From Candidatus Neptunichlamydia sp. (lineage in GTDB: Bacteria; Chlamydiota; Chlamydiia; Chlamydiales; Simkaniaceae): a stretch of 64,000 bases of DNA. The notes beneath the pieces were generated by a model that saw nothing but the letters and a program-made list of their open reading frames with translations, made no database searches and was not told the DNA's origin. Shown piece after piece: positions 28,403-38,495 of this stretch. The DNA is taken from NCBI GenBank assembly GCA_965233865.1, contig OZ247587.1:704001-768000 (forward strand). The letters run 5' to 3'. The position numbers and the translations under genes were made by a program. Within the stretch, counting starts at the first letter, position 1; each line of letters begins with the position of its first letter.

Positions 28403-29762
28403 CGTGTACAAAGTTGCATCCTTCTTCAATCAGGGTATCGATAAATGCTAGATTATATCCTTCTCCTGACAAAAAGGTGGGGTTATGAAGCATATATTGG
28501 TGAAACGGGATCGTAGAGTCAATGCCACCGATATGAAATTCACGAAGAGCTCGTTTCGCAATTTTGATAGCATCAGCGCGGTCCTTTCCTTTAACGATGA
28601 GCTTCGCAATCATCGAATCATAAAAAGGCGGGATCCGGTACCCAGAATAACAAGCGCTATCAACGCGCACATTGGGTCCTCCAGAAGGAATGTAGTATTC
28701 TAAAAGCCCAGGAGATGGCATAAAATTATTTGTAGGATTCTCGGCATTAATCCGGAATTCAAAGACATGGCCTTCCATCCGAATATTCTTTTGTTTGTAT
28801 AAGAGTTTTTCTCCCATTGCCATCTTAATCTGTTCTTTCACAAGATCGATTCCGGTCAACTCTTCTGTTACAGTGTGCTCTACTTGGATGCGAGTATTAA
28901 CCTCCATAAAAAAGAAGTTCTTCTTTTCATCAAGGAGGAACTCCACAGTTCCCACAGTGTGATACTTTGCAACTCTTGCCAAATGCACTGCCGCTTCTCC
29001 CATCTTTTTTCGCAAATAAGGAGTCAGAACAGGACTTGGGGTCTCTTCAATCAGCTTTTGCCGTCTTCTTTGAATGGTACAATCTCTTTCCCCTAAATGC
29101 ACATAATTCCCATGCTCATCTCCAAGGATCTGCACTTCAATGTGGCGAGGATTAACGATCATTTTTTCTAAATAAACATCAGGGTTCCCAAAGGAAACTT
29201 CTGCTTCAGCGCGAGCTGCTGCAAATTGACGGACAAAATCATCAGAATTTTGAGCAATTCGAATCCCCTTTCCACCGCCACCAGCTGTCGCTTTAATGAA
29301 GACTGGAAATCCAATTTTTTTGGATTCTTTCAAAGCCTCGTCAACAGTTTCTACGATCCCATTGGACCCAGGAATAATAGGACATCGCACGCTCTTTGCA
29401 AGGATTTTAGCTTGCGCTTTATCGCCAAGTATCGCAATCGTCTTTGCTGACGGGCCTATAAAGGTAATGCCACAGCTTTCACAAATTGATGCAAAGTTGG
29501 CATTTTCACTTAGGAAGCCATAGCCTGGATGGATCGCATCGGCACCAGAAATCTCACAAGCCGACAAAATATGGGGGATTTTAAGGTAAGATTGATTCGA
29601 AGGAGCATCTCCAATACAAATCGCTTCATCGGCATGGAGTACGTGAAGGGCTTCCGCATCCGCTTTGGAGTAAACAGCCACTGTTTGGAGACCAAGATCG
29701 TGACACGCTCGAATAATTCGAACTGCTATTTCACCTCGGTTTGCAACTAAGACTTTTTTCAT
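28335..29762 (-). CDS. accC: Acetyl-CoA carboxylase, biotin carboxylase subunit
   Basis: KVLVANRGEIA, HPGYGFLSEN, GGGGKG, EVNTRIQVEH, YDSMIAKLI. Confidence 0.97.
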   Translation of the reverse strand: MKKVLVANRGEIAVRIIRACHDLGLQTVAVYSKADAEALHVLHADEAICIGDAPSNQSYLKIPHILSACEISGADAIHPGYGFLSENANFASICESCGITFIGPSAKTIAILGDKAQAKILAKSVRCPIIPGSNGIVETVDEALKESKKIGFPVFIKATAGGGGKGIRIAQNSDDFVRQFAAARAEAEVSFGNPDVYLEKMIVNPRHIEVQILGDEHGNYVHLGERDCTIQRRRQKLIEETPSPVLTPYLRKKMGEAAVHLARVAKYHTVGTVEFLLDEKKNFFFMEVNTRIQVEHTVTEELTGIDLVKEQIKMAMGEKLLYKQKNIRMEGHVFEFRINAENPTNNFMPSPGLLEYYIPSGGPNVRVDSACYSGYRIPPFYDSMIAKLIVKGKDRADAIKIAKRALREFHIGGIDSTIPFHQYMLHNPTFLSGEGYNLAFIDTLIEEGCNFVHDEPKTHTEETAPGQRTAAATPH

Positions 29763-29764
29763 GA

Positions 29765-30232
29765 CTAACTTATGGTAAGGAGTTTCGTTCCAAATTCTAC
29801 AGGATCAGCGTTGTCTAAGAACACCTTTTTTACAACACCGCTTTTTCCAGCCTTTACCTCGTTCATCACCTTCATTGCTTCGATGATACAAACAACGGTA
29901 TCTTCCTTCACTCTATCTCCTACCTTGACAAACGGATCGTCATCTGGAGACGGGGAGGCATAATATGTTCCCACCATTGGAGATGTTAATGCATCATCTC
30001 TCTTAGACTCGGTTTTTTCCAGCTCTTTTACTGTTTCAGGAAGAATCCTACTTTCCTGAGTACCCACGCGAGGTGCACCCATCATTGGCGCATGCGTAGG
30101 ATAAGGGGCAACTTCAAAGTCGCTTCCCCTTTCAAGTTCTAGCTCGAAACCACTTTTTTCCTTTAGGATCACTTTTTTCATCCCTTTGGCTTCCATGGCT
30201 TCCATAAGCTCTTTAATTTTCTCTAAATCCAC
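29765..30232 (-). CDS. accB: Biotin carboxyl carrier protein
   Basis: SPMVGTYY..PSP and the EAMKVMNE biotinylation motif. Confidence 0.97.
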   Translation of the reverse strand: MDLEKIKELMEAMEAKGMKKVILKEKSGFELELERGSDFEVAPYPTHAPMMGAPRVGTQESRILPETVKELEKTESKRDDALTSPMVGTYYASPSPDDDPFVKVGDRVKEDTVVCIIEAMKVMNEVKAGKSGVVKKVFLDNADPVEFGTKLLTIS

Positions 30233-30248
30233 AGCTTACTCCAAACAA

Positions 30249-30809
30249 TTAGATTCTCTGTACGAACTCACCAAGATGAGTATCGACTTTAATGATATCA
30301 CCCACTTCAATAAAGAGCGGTACTTCTACTTTTGCTCCTGTTTCCAGAATTCCATATTTACTCGCACTTGAGACAGAAACTTTAGATTTTATATCTTCAA
30401 GCTTTATGATCATCAGCTCCAAAAACTGAGGGAGTTCGATCGAAAAAATCGTCTCTCCATAAAACATTGCTCGAATCTGTATTCCCTCTTTCAAATAATT
30501 GACCTTATCTCCAACGATATCGGTTGCAACAAGAACTTCATCAAGCTCGTCGACATCCAAAAACAGGTAGTCTTTTCCCTCTAAGTAAAGAAACTCTAAC
30601 CGTCTCTCACTTAAGTTCACCTCATGAATCTCTTGATCAACTTTAAAGTTTTTCTCAATGACTTCATCAGACATGAGGTTCTTGAGTTTCGTTTTAATAA
30701 ACGGGACGCCCTTGGCGACAGTGACCTTCACACTTGTCTCCACTCGGTAGATTTTTCCATCGAGTGATAGTGTTGTTCCAGGTGAAATCTGATTGCTTGT
30801 AACTGCCAT
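30249..30809 (-). CDS. efp: Elongation factor P (chlamydial divergent paralog type)
   Basis: EF-P fold with LETGA.VEVPLFIEVGD.IKVDT; tip loop reads VAKG rather than PGKG. Lies upstream of accB as in Chlamydia. Confidence 0.9.
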   Translation of the reverse strand: MAVTSNQISPGTTLSLDGKIYRVETSVKVTVAKGVPFIKTKLKNLMSDEVIEKNFKVDQEIHEVNLSERRLEFLYLEGKDYLFLDVDELDEVLVATDIVGDKVNYLKEGIQIRAMFYGETIFSIELPQFLELMIIKLEDIKSKVSVSSASKYGILETGAKVEVPLFIEVGDIIKVDTHLGEFVQRI

Positions 30810-30816
30810 TTGCGTG

Positions 30817-31494
30817 TTAACCAACTATTTTAAGGGTTTCTAAAAGGGCTTTCAACTCTTTCAGGTATAAAATGGTATAATCGACGTCCTTTTTAAATCC
30901 AGTATTACCTAATCCACGTCCCCATCTAATCTGAACAGTTTTATACCCAAGTGTTTTAGCAGGAGCGAGATCTAATGAAATCCTGTCTCCACAAACTAAA
31001 GCATTTAATGGGGAAATCCCCATCTCTTCACTCACTTTTTGGTATATATTTTTTTTCTCTCCTTCTTTGCAGAAGTAAAGTTTAGTAAAAAATTTAGTTG
31101 AAATTCCCGCTCGCTTCATTTTTTCCCGCTGAATCTTTTCCTTCCCCTTTGTAACAAGAACCAAAGGGTGTGATCTTGAAAGATCTGAGAGCACTTCAAT
31201 CGCATCTTCTACGGGTTGTACTGTCTCATCAAAAACAGGTCTTTCATAGACAGCCTCTAATGCAATATCTAGACAAGAGAATGGAGCTCGATTGATTTCA
31301 AGAAACTCCATCAAAGCATCCTTTGAGCTGGTATGAAATGTATTGAGACGCAAAAGTTCTTGGTAGGAACGGTTGAAATTGGCCATAGACAACCCCACCC
31401 CTTCCATCTCCTTAAGGACTTTTTTTAGAACTCCAGGGAGGATCGATCCACTTGTATCGATCAATGTATCGTCTAAATCAAAGATGATCAACAA
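30817..31494 (-). CDS. HAD-superfamily hydrolase
   Basis: IFDLDDTLIDT, LVTKG, GDR...D..PA...G. Confidence 0.9.
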   Translation of the reverse strand: MLIIFDLDDTLIDTSGSILPGVLKKVLKEMEGVGLSMANFNRSYQELLRLNTFHTSSKDALMEFLEINRAPFSCLDIALEAVYERPVFDETVQPVEDAIEVLSDLSRSHPLVLVTKGKEKIQREKMKRAGISTKFFTKLYFCKEGEKKNIYQKVSEEMGISPLNALVCGDRISLDLAPAKTLGYKTVQIRWGRGLGNTGFKKDVDYTILYLKELKALLETLKIVG

Positions 31495-32440
31495 TATTCA
31501 TAATCTCTTTTGTTACTTGCGTAGAATTATGGCGGATCAGGCTCCGACTCATAATGTCCCCTTTCCTTTTTTCAGTCAATGCCCCTAAGAGCTTCGCTGA
31601 AATAATTCGAGGATCATCAATGTCATTTTCTACGAGTTCACCTTCCTCGGCGTATCTTTCAATTAATGCTGGATCAGGAGTTTGGTTATTTACTAAGATA
31701 TAATCAAAGACATCCTTCCCTAAATAATGGACAGTCTCTTTGAGATAATCACTTACTTTGTAGCCTGTTGTCTGTCCTCTACGGTTCATCAAATTGCAAA
31801 TAAAAACCTTTTTTGCCTGAGATTCCCTTAGAGCTTTGCTCACACCGTCAACTAGTAGGTTAGGAATGATCGAGGTGTGAAGGCCTCCTGGACCAATAAC
31901 AACCAAATCAGAATTTATAATTTCAGAGAGCGCATGAGGATTTGGTTTTGGAAAAGGCTCCAGATAAATCTTACTATAGCCCTTATCAATTTCGTGGGAG
32001 AGATAAATCTCTTTTTCACCTTCTAACAGCTTCCTATCTTTTAAGATCATTTTAAGACGCACTTGGTGCGTTGTCACTGGAATCACTTTTCCTTTGATGT
32101 AAAGGATCCGTCCCATCTCTTCGACAGCCCTCTCAAAACTTCCTGTAACTTTTTCAAGTGCAGACAGAATGAGATTGCCCAAACTATGACCTCCAAGCCC
32201 CCCGTTCTCAAAGCGGTAGTTCATTAAGCTTCGCATTAGTCGTGAAGAATCTGAAAGGGCGACTAAGCACTGGCGAACATCACCGGGGGGAAGTACTCCT
32301 AACTCATCGCGGAGAATTCCAGTACTTCCTCCATCATCAGCCATGGACACAATCGCACTCAAATCAACAGCATGCTTCTTGAGCCCTCGAAGAACAGTGA
32401 AATTCCCTGTTCCCCCACCCATGACTACAATTTTTTTCAC
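31478..32440 (-). CDS. yvcK: YvcK/GlmR (UPF0052) family protein
   Basis: GGGTG, ADDGGSTG.LR, PPGDVR.CL, GHSLGNL, GPG.L.TSIIPNL. Confidence 0.92.
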   Translation of the reverse strand: MKKIVVMGGGTGNFTVLRGLKKHAVDLSAIVSMADDGGSTGILRDELGVLPPGDVRQCLVALSDSSRLMRSLMNYRFENGGLGGHSLGNLILSALEKVTGSFERAVEEMGRILYIKGKVIPVTTHQVRLKMILKDRKLLEGEKEIYLSHEIDKGYSKIYLEPFPKPNPHALSEIINSDLVVIGPGGLHTSIIPNLLVDGVSKALRESQAKKVFICNLMNRRGQTTGYKVSDYLKETVHYLGKDVFDYILVNNQTPDPALIERYAEEGELVENDIDDPRIISAKLLGALTEKRKGDIMSRSLIRHNSTQVTKEIMNIVDHL

Positions 32441-33129
32441 CCGCGAAGCACCTCGATTCGATCTTTCATTTCTTCTCCCTCAAACAAATATGCACCTGCA
32501 ACCAAGTGATTTGCTCCAGCTTTAATGCATAGAGGCGCGGTTTTGTCATCGACTCCACCATCTACCTGAATATCGAAAGGAGGGAGAATTTCCCCTTCTT
32601 TAGGAATTTCACCCCCTTTCCTTACATCCAACCTGTCACACAATCCCCGAGTAAACTCTATTTTTTCTAGAACTTCAGGGATAAATGCCTGCCCACCAAA
32701 ACCAGGATGAACGGTCATCAGCAGAATCTTGTCACACTTATCCAGATATTTCGGGATGAGCGACTCACTTGTCTCTGGACAAAATGCTAAACCTGCATGA
32801 ACACCGCATTTGCGAATATAATTAAGAGTATCCTCAACATCTTCAGTCGCCTCAATATGGAAAGTGATACAATCAGCGCCATTCTCGATTAACTGTTCGA
32901 TGTAATCAAATGGTTTATAAACCATGATGTGAACATCTAAATAGATCTCAGTTGCTTTGTTAACAGCAGCAAGTGCTTTGGGACTCAAGCTCAGGTTTGG
33001 AACAAAATGTCCATCCATGATGTCAAAATGAATAGCACTAGCTCCAGCATCCTCAGCCCGCTTAGCCTCATCGGCAAGGTGACCAAAGTCACCAGCAAAA
33101 ATTGATGGTTCAATATAAATCTCAGACAT
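32437..33129 (-). CDS. rpe: Ribulose-phosphate 3-epimerase
   Basis: HFDIMDGHFVPNL, DVHIM, MTVHPGFGGQ.F, VDGG. Confidence 0.97.
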   Translation of the reverse strand: MSEIYIEPSIFAGDFGHLADEAKRAEDAGASAIHFDIMDGHFVPNLSLSPKALAAVNKATEIYLDVHIMVYKPFDYIEQLIENGADCITFHIEATEDVEDTLNYIRKCGVHAGLAFCPETSESLIPKYLDKCDKILLMTVHPGFGGQAFIPEVLEKIEFTRGLCDRLDVRKGGEIPKEGEILPPFDIQVDGGVDDKTAPLCIKAGANHLVAGAYLFEGEEMKDRIEVLRG

Positions 33130-33231
33130 AATCTCCCATTATATGCCTAATCGCCAAATATTTTCAAAACCCAACTTTCAATACAGCAAGAAAAAAAATA
33201 TTTATATTCGGCTCCGCCAAGGAATTTGGCT

Positions 33232-34003
33232 ATATAGTGTAGACACAAGTTTAAATTTGCGCTAAGCTAGTTTCTTAAACTTTCAAGGAGAGGTTTAAAG
33301 ATGACCGTACCAGCGCACAGACGTCACGATATTTCAGATCGAATTTGGAAAAAACTTGAGCCTTATCTTCCAGGAAGAAGAGGGGTGTGACTTACCTCCA
33401 GACTATGGGAACTGGGGAAATGTGCATCGTCGTTTTATCCGTTGGAGGAATAAAGGTGCCTGGGAACTTCTTCTGGAAAAAGTGGTGGACGATCCTGATT
33501 ATGAGTGGTTAATGATCGATGCAACCCATATCAAAGTTCACCCTCACGCAGCAGGTGCACAAGATGGCAATCAAGATATGGCTCGGACAAAAGGGGACTC
33601 AACACGAAATTACATTTGGCCGTAAATTCGCATGGTATGCCGGTCAGAGCGATTATTACGTCAGGTACTCAATCAGACTACCTTCAGGCCAAACACTTAA
33701 ATAGAGGGAATTAACGCCGATTACCTACTAGCAGATCGGGGTTATGACAGCGATGCAATCGTAACTCAAGCGATCTCTCAAGGAATGAAGGCGGTTATCC
33801 CTCCCAAAAAAAATAGGAAAAGCAAGAGAGCTTATGATAAGCATCTCTATAAATTGAGACATATTGTAGAAAATGCTTTTTTACATTTGAAGCGATGGAG
33901 AGGAATTGCTACACGCTATGCTAAGCACACATCCTCTTTCTTGGCTGCGGTTCAGATCAGATGTTTGACTTTATGGGTAGAAATCTCGTGACTACATAAT
34001 CCA
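33232..34003 (+). mobile_element. Decayed IS5-family (IS427-group-like) insertion sequence
   Basis: Transposase fragments inside imperfect IRs: TGTAGACACAAGTTT (33238-) versus the reverse complement TGTAGTCACGAGATT (-33996), 12/15 match. Ends are approximate. Confidence 0.8.
33301..33991 (+). pseudogene. IS5-family transposase pseudogene
   Basis: Pieces in different frames: RRHDISDRIW..L, DLPPDYG.W..VHRRF.RW, IDATHIKVH..AAG, GLNTKLHLAV, ADRGYDSD, YKLRHIVEN.F..LKRWR.IATRY.K. Confidence 0.9.
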
Positions 34004-34102
34004 GTGTTTCACCTTTAAATTGAGGTCGAAAAACTATTTTTTTATTTTTTACTTTTTGAAAATGCGATCAAACAGGAATGACATAGTGGGTTAAATTTAA
34101 AC

Positions 34103-35698
34103 TTAACCCACTATAAAACCCGTATAGTGACGCTCATCGTGCTCGAGATCAAGAGTGATAATAGGAGCCGAAAAATCACAAAGCTTATCGAATACCTCTC
34201 CTTCTCCAATCATAAAAAAGTGTGTTCTTTCCTCCCGGGATAAAGAAGGCATCGAAGACTGAAGTTTTTTTTGAAAAAGGAAGAAAAATGTTTTTAACAA
34301 TTTAGGATCTATAAAACTTCTTTTTTCTAGAGGAAATAAAGAATGAAAAAAGTTTTCTAGAAGAATAGAATCATGCGTGCCAATCATTTTCTCTAAAGAA
34401 GAAAAAACTTCATTTTGCTTTGATATCATTCCCCCATTGTAGTCACGGATCTCTCCAAATACCTCCTGCAGCTGACTAAGGACTCTTTGACGTGCCTTGT
34501 AAAGGTCAACCGAATGGTCTTCTCGAATAAACGAAAGGATAGGAAGCTCCACCTTAAATACGGCGACTTCTTTTGGATATTTTTTTCGAAGCATCCCGAG
34601 CTGCTTGATCCGATCAATTTTTGGACGGAGGGATGAGGCCATAAGAATCTCTTCTATTGGGGGCATTTTAGGGAGAAGAATGCGAGCTACAATGACAGTG
34701 AAAATAAGGTGGGTTTCGGCCTGCTTCTCAAAGGATAGAATCAGCTGGGGGAGATCACGGGCAAACCGGAGCTCACGCCCAAGAGTCACGACATGACGAA
34801 GAATTTCTTCTTCATTGCGAGGCATGAAAAGAGATCTTTGAAGGCGTTCGATTTTCCCTTTAAGGGCACGAGGAAGCCATTGCCTTAAATCAACTATTTC
34901 TTCTACTTCAAAGCCTCCTGCTTTCTCGATTTCTAAAGTAAGAAGATGAAGAAACTTTTCTTCCTTTTCTTGATAATCACTCCCTGAAACCAAGCGCGCC
35001 TCAGGAATGAGACTTTGAATTGCCTTAATAAGGTGTTCTCTTTTAAAAACCTCATTCTCTCGAAGAACATTCAGTCCTACAGAGACTTCTAAAGCCTCCT
35101 TTTGCTCTAGAGGAAAGGTAAGCGTACGTCGCATTATCTTAACAACAACATGACGACGCAGAGGGCATTTTTCATGAGCTAAGAGCAACTTTTTTCGGAT
35201 CATATAGAGAGTTGAAAGTGTTTGAGCCACTTCTTGTACCCTGCGAGGACGAAAATATTGATCTGAATGTTTAAGAAAAAACTGCTGCGTTTCAGAAAAT
35301 AGATCATAATCAAACAGCAATGGGAAACGACGAATTACATTTAGAATACGCTCCTGAACAAGCCCCCTTTTTTCGTCCATCGAGAGTGCTTTCATTTCAA
35401 GAATCCTGGCGGCATGATACGGAGAGCGCACACCAAGCTCTAACTCATGAATAATCCTTTCGAGTTCGGGAGAATCCTCATCTATATGTACAGTTACAAT
35501 AAGGGATTTTTCATGAACTGCATCTAGTGAAAAATGATTAGGGCTTAGATGAGAAACCATTTCAAGAATAAATTTCCCAATATAGGGGCGACGACTAGCT
35601 AGAAGGTGCAGGGTCATCGCCCCCTCCCCTTTCTCAAGCTTCCAGGATGGAATTCCTGTTTCTAGAAGCTCATCAACCAGCTCATCTGCTACTTTCAT
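34103..35698 (-). CDS. Hypothetical protein, possibly with ACT-like folds
   Basis: 531-aa ORF overlapping the aspartokinase stop by 17 nt; FMPRNEEE and RDYNGG look like conserved motifs. Confidence 0.65.
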   Translation of the reverse strand: MKVADELVDELLETGIPSWKLEKGEGAMTLHLLASRRPYIGKFILEMVSHLSPNHFSLDAVHEKSLIVTVHIDEDSPELERIIHELELGVRSPYHAARILEMKALSMDEKRGLVQERILNVIRRFPLLFDYDLFSETQQFFLKHSDQYFRPRRVQEVAQTLSTLYMIRKKLLLAHEKCPLRRHVVVKIMRRTLTFPLEQKEALEVSVGLNVLRENEVFKREHLIKAIQSLIPEARLVSGSDYQEKEEKFLHLLTLEIEKAGGFEVEEIVDLRQWLPRALKGKIERLQRSLFMPRNEEEILRHVVTLGRELRFARDLPQLILSFEKQAETHLIFTVIVARILLPKMPPIEEILMASSLRPKIDRIKQLGMLRKKYPKEVAVFKVELPILSFIREDHSVDLYKARQRVLSQLQEVFGEIRDYNGGMISKQNEVFSSLEKMIGTHDSILLENFFHSLFPLEKRSFIDPKLLKTFFFLFQKKLQSSMPSLSREERTHFFMIGEGEVFDKLCDFSAPIITLDLEHDERHYTGFIVG

Positions 35699-36443
35699 AG
35701 GTTAGCCCTTTCTTCGATGCTGCAGAGTCAATCCATGTTCCTGGAAACTCCTTCCACAGCTCCTTTTTGTAAGTTAATACGTGTAATGGTAAACCATTTT
35801 TTGACGCAAGTAAAATGGATCGGCGGTGAATGACAAACTCTGAAAAGCTCATTGCCTGCTCAAACGAAAGCTTCGCATAAAGCTTGGCACCGGGGTTTTT
35901 TTTAGGATCTTCTGAACAGATCCCCTTTACATCTTTATAAAATTCCACTTTCTCCGCATTAAGGGCTGCAGCAAGAGCGACCGCTGACGTATCACTCCCC
36001 CCTCTACCAAGAGTGGTAATTTCCTTCTTTTCACTTACCCCCTGAAAGCCAGCAACGATTACAACCTTCCCTTCAGCTAGATGCTCTTGAATGCGAATAG
36101 GCCGAACGTCTTTAATCAAAGCATTATTATGCATGCCGCAGGTAATAATTCCTGATTGACTCCCCGTTAAACTAATTGCAGAAACACCCTTATCTTCTAA
36201 AGCCATAGCAAGCAGGGACATACTAATTCTTTCACCAACTGAAATTAACATATCCATCTCGCGACGAGCAGGGTCTCGTGCAACCTGGTGAGCCAAGCAC
36301 GTAAGCTCATTTGTCATCTCACCCATAGCACTAACCACAACGACAATACGTCCCTTCTTAGCTGCGATAATATCAGCAACATTAACAAAATGTTTTGGGG
36401 TTTTTAAAGAAGCGCCGCCAAACTTCATAACTAAAGTCTTCAT
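35682..36443 (-). CDS. lysC: Aspartate kinase, catalytic domain only
   Basis: VMKFGG.S, VVVSAMG..T, GE..S..L, VAGFQG, TTLGRGGSDTSA, DV.GI...DP. Only 253 aa. Confidence 0.9.
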   Translation of the reverse strand: MKTLVMKFGGASLKTPKHFVNVADIIAAKKGRIVVVVSAMGEMTNELTCLAHQVARDPARREMDMLISVGERISMSLLAMALEDKGVSAISLTGSQSGIITCGMHNNALIKDVRPIRIQEHLAEGKVVIVAGFQGVSEKKEITTLGRGGSDTSAVALAAALNAEKVEFYKDVKGICSEDPKKNPGAKLYAKLSFEQAMSFSEFVIHRRSILLASKNGLPLHVLTYKKELWKEFPGTWIDSAASKKGLTYESSR

Positions 36444-36637
36444 TTCTCCAATATTAATAACACTTTAGAAAAGATGTAAATGAAGATTTTTTTTTGAAAA
36501 CACTGCTGAAGATGCCACCATCTAGAATTTCGACCCTACTTCTACTTCACCCTTATTTCTCAGATCAGGACTCAGGAGAAAACAAATTTTTAAATCTATA
36601 TCAATGCAGCTTTTGACAGCTTCATCTGAACTAGAGG

Positions 36638-36667
36638 TTGCTTTTTTTAGGAATTATTTGTTATCCT
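36638..36667 (+). promoter_or_regulatory. Putative rpsA promoter
   Basis: TTGCTT-N18-TATCCT with a TG extension. Confidence 0.4.
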
Positions 36668-36749
36668 GCTTCCTTTAAGAGGTTCCTCTTGTCATGAAAT
36701 ATTTTGGTAAGTGGAAGAAACATCATTAACCCATGGAGAACCCCTACTA

Positions 36750-38453
36750 ATGTCTAGTGAACTAGAGTACGACTGGAACGAAAGCAAAATTATCGATGAC
36801 ATCGAATTCAACGATGAAGACGCAAAGCTATTTCAACAGCTACTAAATAATAGAGAAGAAAAAGCTGCAGCTGGATCCATCTCATCGATGGAAGTAGGTC
36901 AAATTCTTAAAGGGAGAATTGTTGAGCTCACTCCAGACTTCGTTGTTGTGGACGTTGGCCTCAAGTCAGAGGGACTCATTCCTGTAAATGAATTTAATGA
37001 CCCCAACGAACTCCAACTAGCGAATGACATTGAGGTCCTCCTGGACCGTGCTGAAGGAGAAGATGGACAAATCGTCCTCTCTCGCGAGAAAGCTCGTAGA
37101 CAAAGACAGTGGGAATTCATTATCGAACATTGCGAAGAAGGATCGATCGTTGAGGGTAAAGTCATCCGCAAAGTAAAAGGTGGGTTAATGGTAGATATTG
37201 GGATGGAGGCCTTCCTTCCAGGATCCCAAATCGACAACAAACGAATCAAAAATATTGATGATTATGTCGACAAGACCTACGACTTCAAAATTCTGAAAAT
37301 CAATATAGAACGAAAAAATATCGTTGTTTCTAGACGAGAACTTCTTGAAGAAGAGCGTAGCTCTAAGAAAGCAGAGCTCCTTGAAAACATCACGGAAGGA
37401 GAAACACGTAGAGGGCTTGTCAAGAACATCACGGACTTTGGTGTCTTCCTTGATCTTGATGGAATCGATGGACTTCTCCACATTACAGATATGACCTGGA
37501 CACGGATTAAGCACCCTTCAGAAATGGTTCAGTTGAACGATGAACTAGATGTTATGATCCTCCATATTGACAAAGAAAAAGGGCGTGTCGCTCTTGGTCT
37601 AAAGCAGAAAGAGCCAAATCCATGGGAAGAAATCGAAGAACGCTACCCCACTGGAACTAAAGTCAGAGGGAAAATTGTCAACCTCGTTCCCTATGGAGCT
37701 TTCATTGAGATTGAGCCTGGAATTGAAGGTCTTATCCACGTCTCTGAGATGTCATGGGTAAAAAACGTCACAGATCCTAGTGAAATTGTTACTAAAGGTG
37801 ATGAACTCGAAGCAATAGTCCTTTCAGTCCAGAAAAATGAAGGGAAAATCTCTCTTGGAATCAAACAAACAGAAAAAAACCCTTGGGAAAATGTTGATAC
37901 CAAGTTTCCTGTTGGAAGTACCGTTAAAGCCGAGATCCGTAATTTAACTAATTATGGAGCCTTTGTTGAGCTTGAGCCCGGTATTGATGGACTGATTCAT
38001 ATTTCAGATCTAAGCTGGATCAAGAAAGTCTCTCACCCTTCTGAAGTTCTGAAGAAAGGGGATACAGTTGAAGCACTTATCCTTTCTGTAGATCAGGAGA
38101 GTAAGAAAATTACTCTTGGAATTAAGCAGCTCGGTGACAATCCTTGGGAATCGATTGAAAAAACTCTCCCAATCGGAACTATTGTCAAAGGAGTTGTCAC
38201 GAAAATCACAGCTTTCGGTGCTTTTACTGAGCTTGAAAATGGTATTGAAGGTCTTATCCATGTGACTGAACTTTCTGACCAAGCTTTTGGGAAAGTTGAA
38301 GACATAGTTGCAGTTGGCGACAATGTAACGGCAAAAGTGATTAAGCTTGACCCAGAGCATAAAAAGATTTCACTCTCTATTAAAGACTATCTTGTAGAGA
38401 CAAATAATAATAATCGAGACGATATCGTCGTCACGAAGAAGGAATCAGAATAA
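36750..38453 (+). CDS. rpsA: 30S ribosomal protein S1
   Basis: Six S1 repeats ([29 protein letters not shown]). ATG 36750 follows a GGAGA RBS. Confidence 0.98.
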   Translation: MSSELEYDWNESKIIDDIEFNDEDAKLFQQLLNNREEKAAAGSISSMEVGQILKGRIVELTPDFVVVDVGLKSEGLIPVNEFNDPNELQLANDIEVLLDRAEGEDGQIVLSREKARRQRQWEFIIEHCEEGSIVEGKVIRKVKGGLMVDIGMEAFLPGSQIDNKRIKNIDDYVDKTYDFKILKINIERKNIVVSRRELLEEERSSKKAELLENITEGETRRGLVKNITDFGVFLDLDGIDGLLHITDMTWTRIKHPSEMVQLNDELDVMILHIDKEKGRVALGLKQKEPNPWEEIEERYPTGTKVRGKIVNLVPYGAFIEIEPGIEGLIHVSEMSWVKNVTDPSEIVTKGDELEAIVLSVQKNEGKISLGIKQTEKNPWENVDTKFPVGSTVKAEIRNLTNYGAFVELEPGIDGLIHISDLSWIKKVSHPSEVLKKGDTVEALILSVDQESKKITLGIKQLGDNPWESIEKTLPIGTIVKGVVTKITAFGAFTELENGIEGLIHVTELSDQAFGKVEDIVAVGDNVTAKVIKLDPEHKKISLSIKDYLVETNNNNRDDIVVTKKESE

Positions 38454-38479
38454 AGGAGGGGTTCCCTCCTTTTATTTTA
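38452..38479 (+). terminator. Hairpin terminator/attenuator between rpsA and nusA
   Basis: AAAGGAGGG-GTT-CCCTCCTTT followed by TATTTTAT. Confidence 0.7.
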
Positions 38480-38495
38480 TAAGGGCAATAAAACA

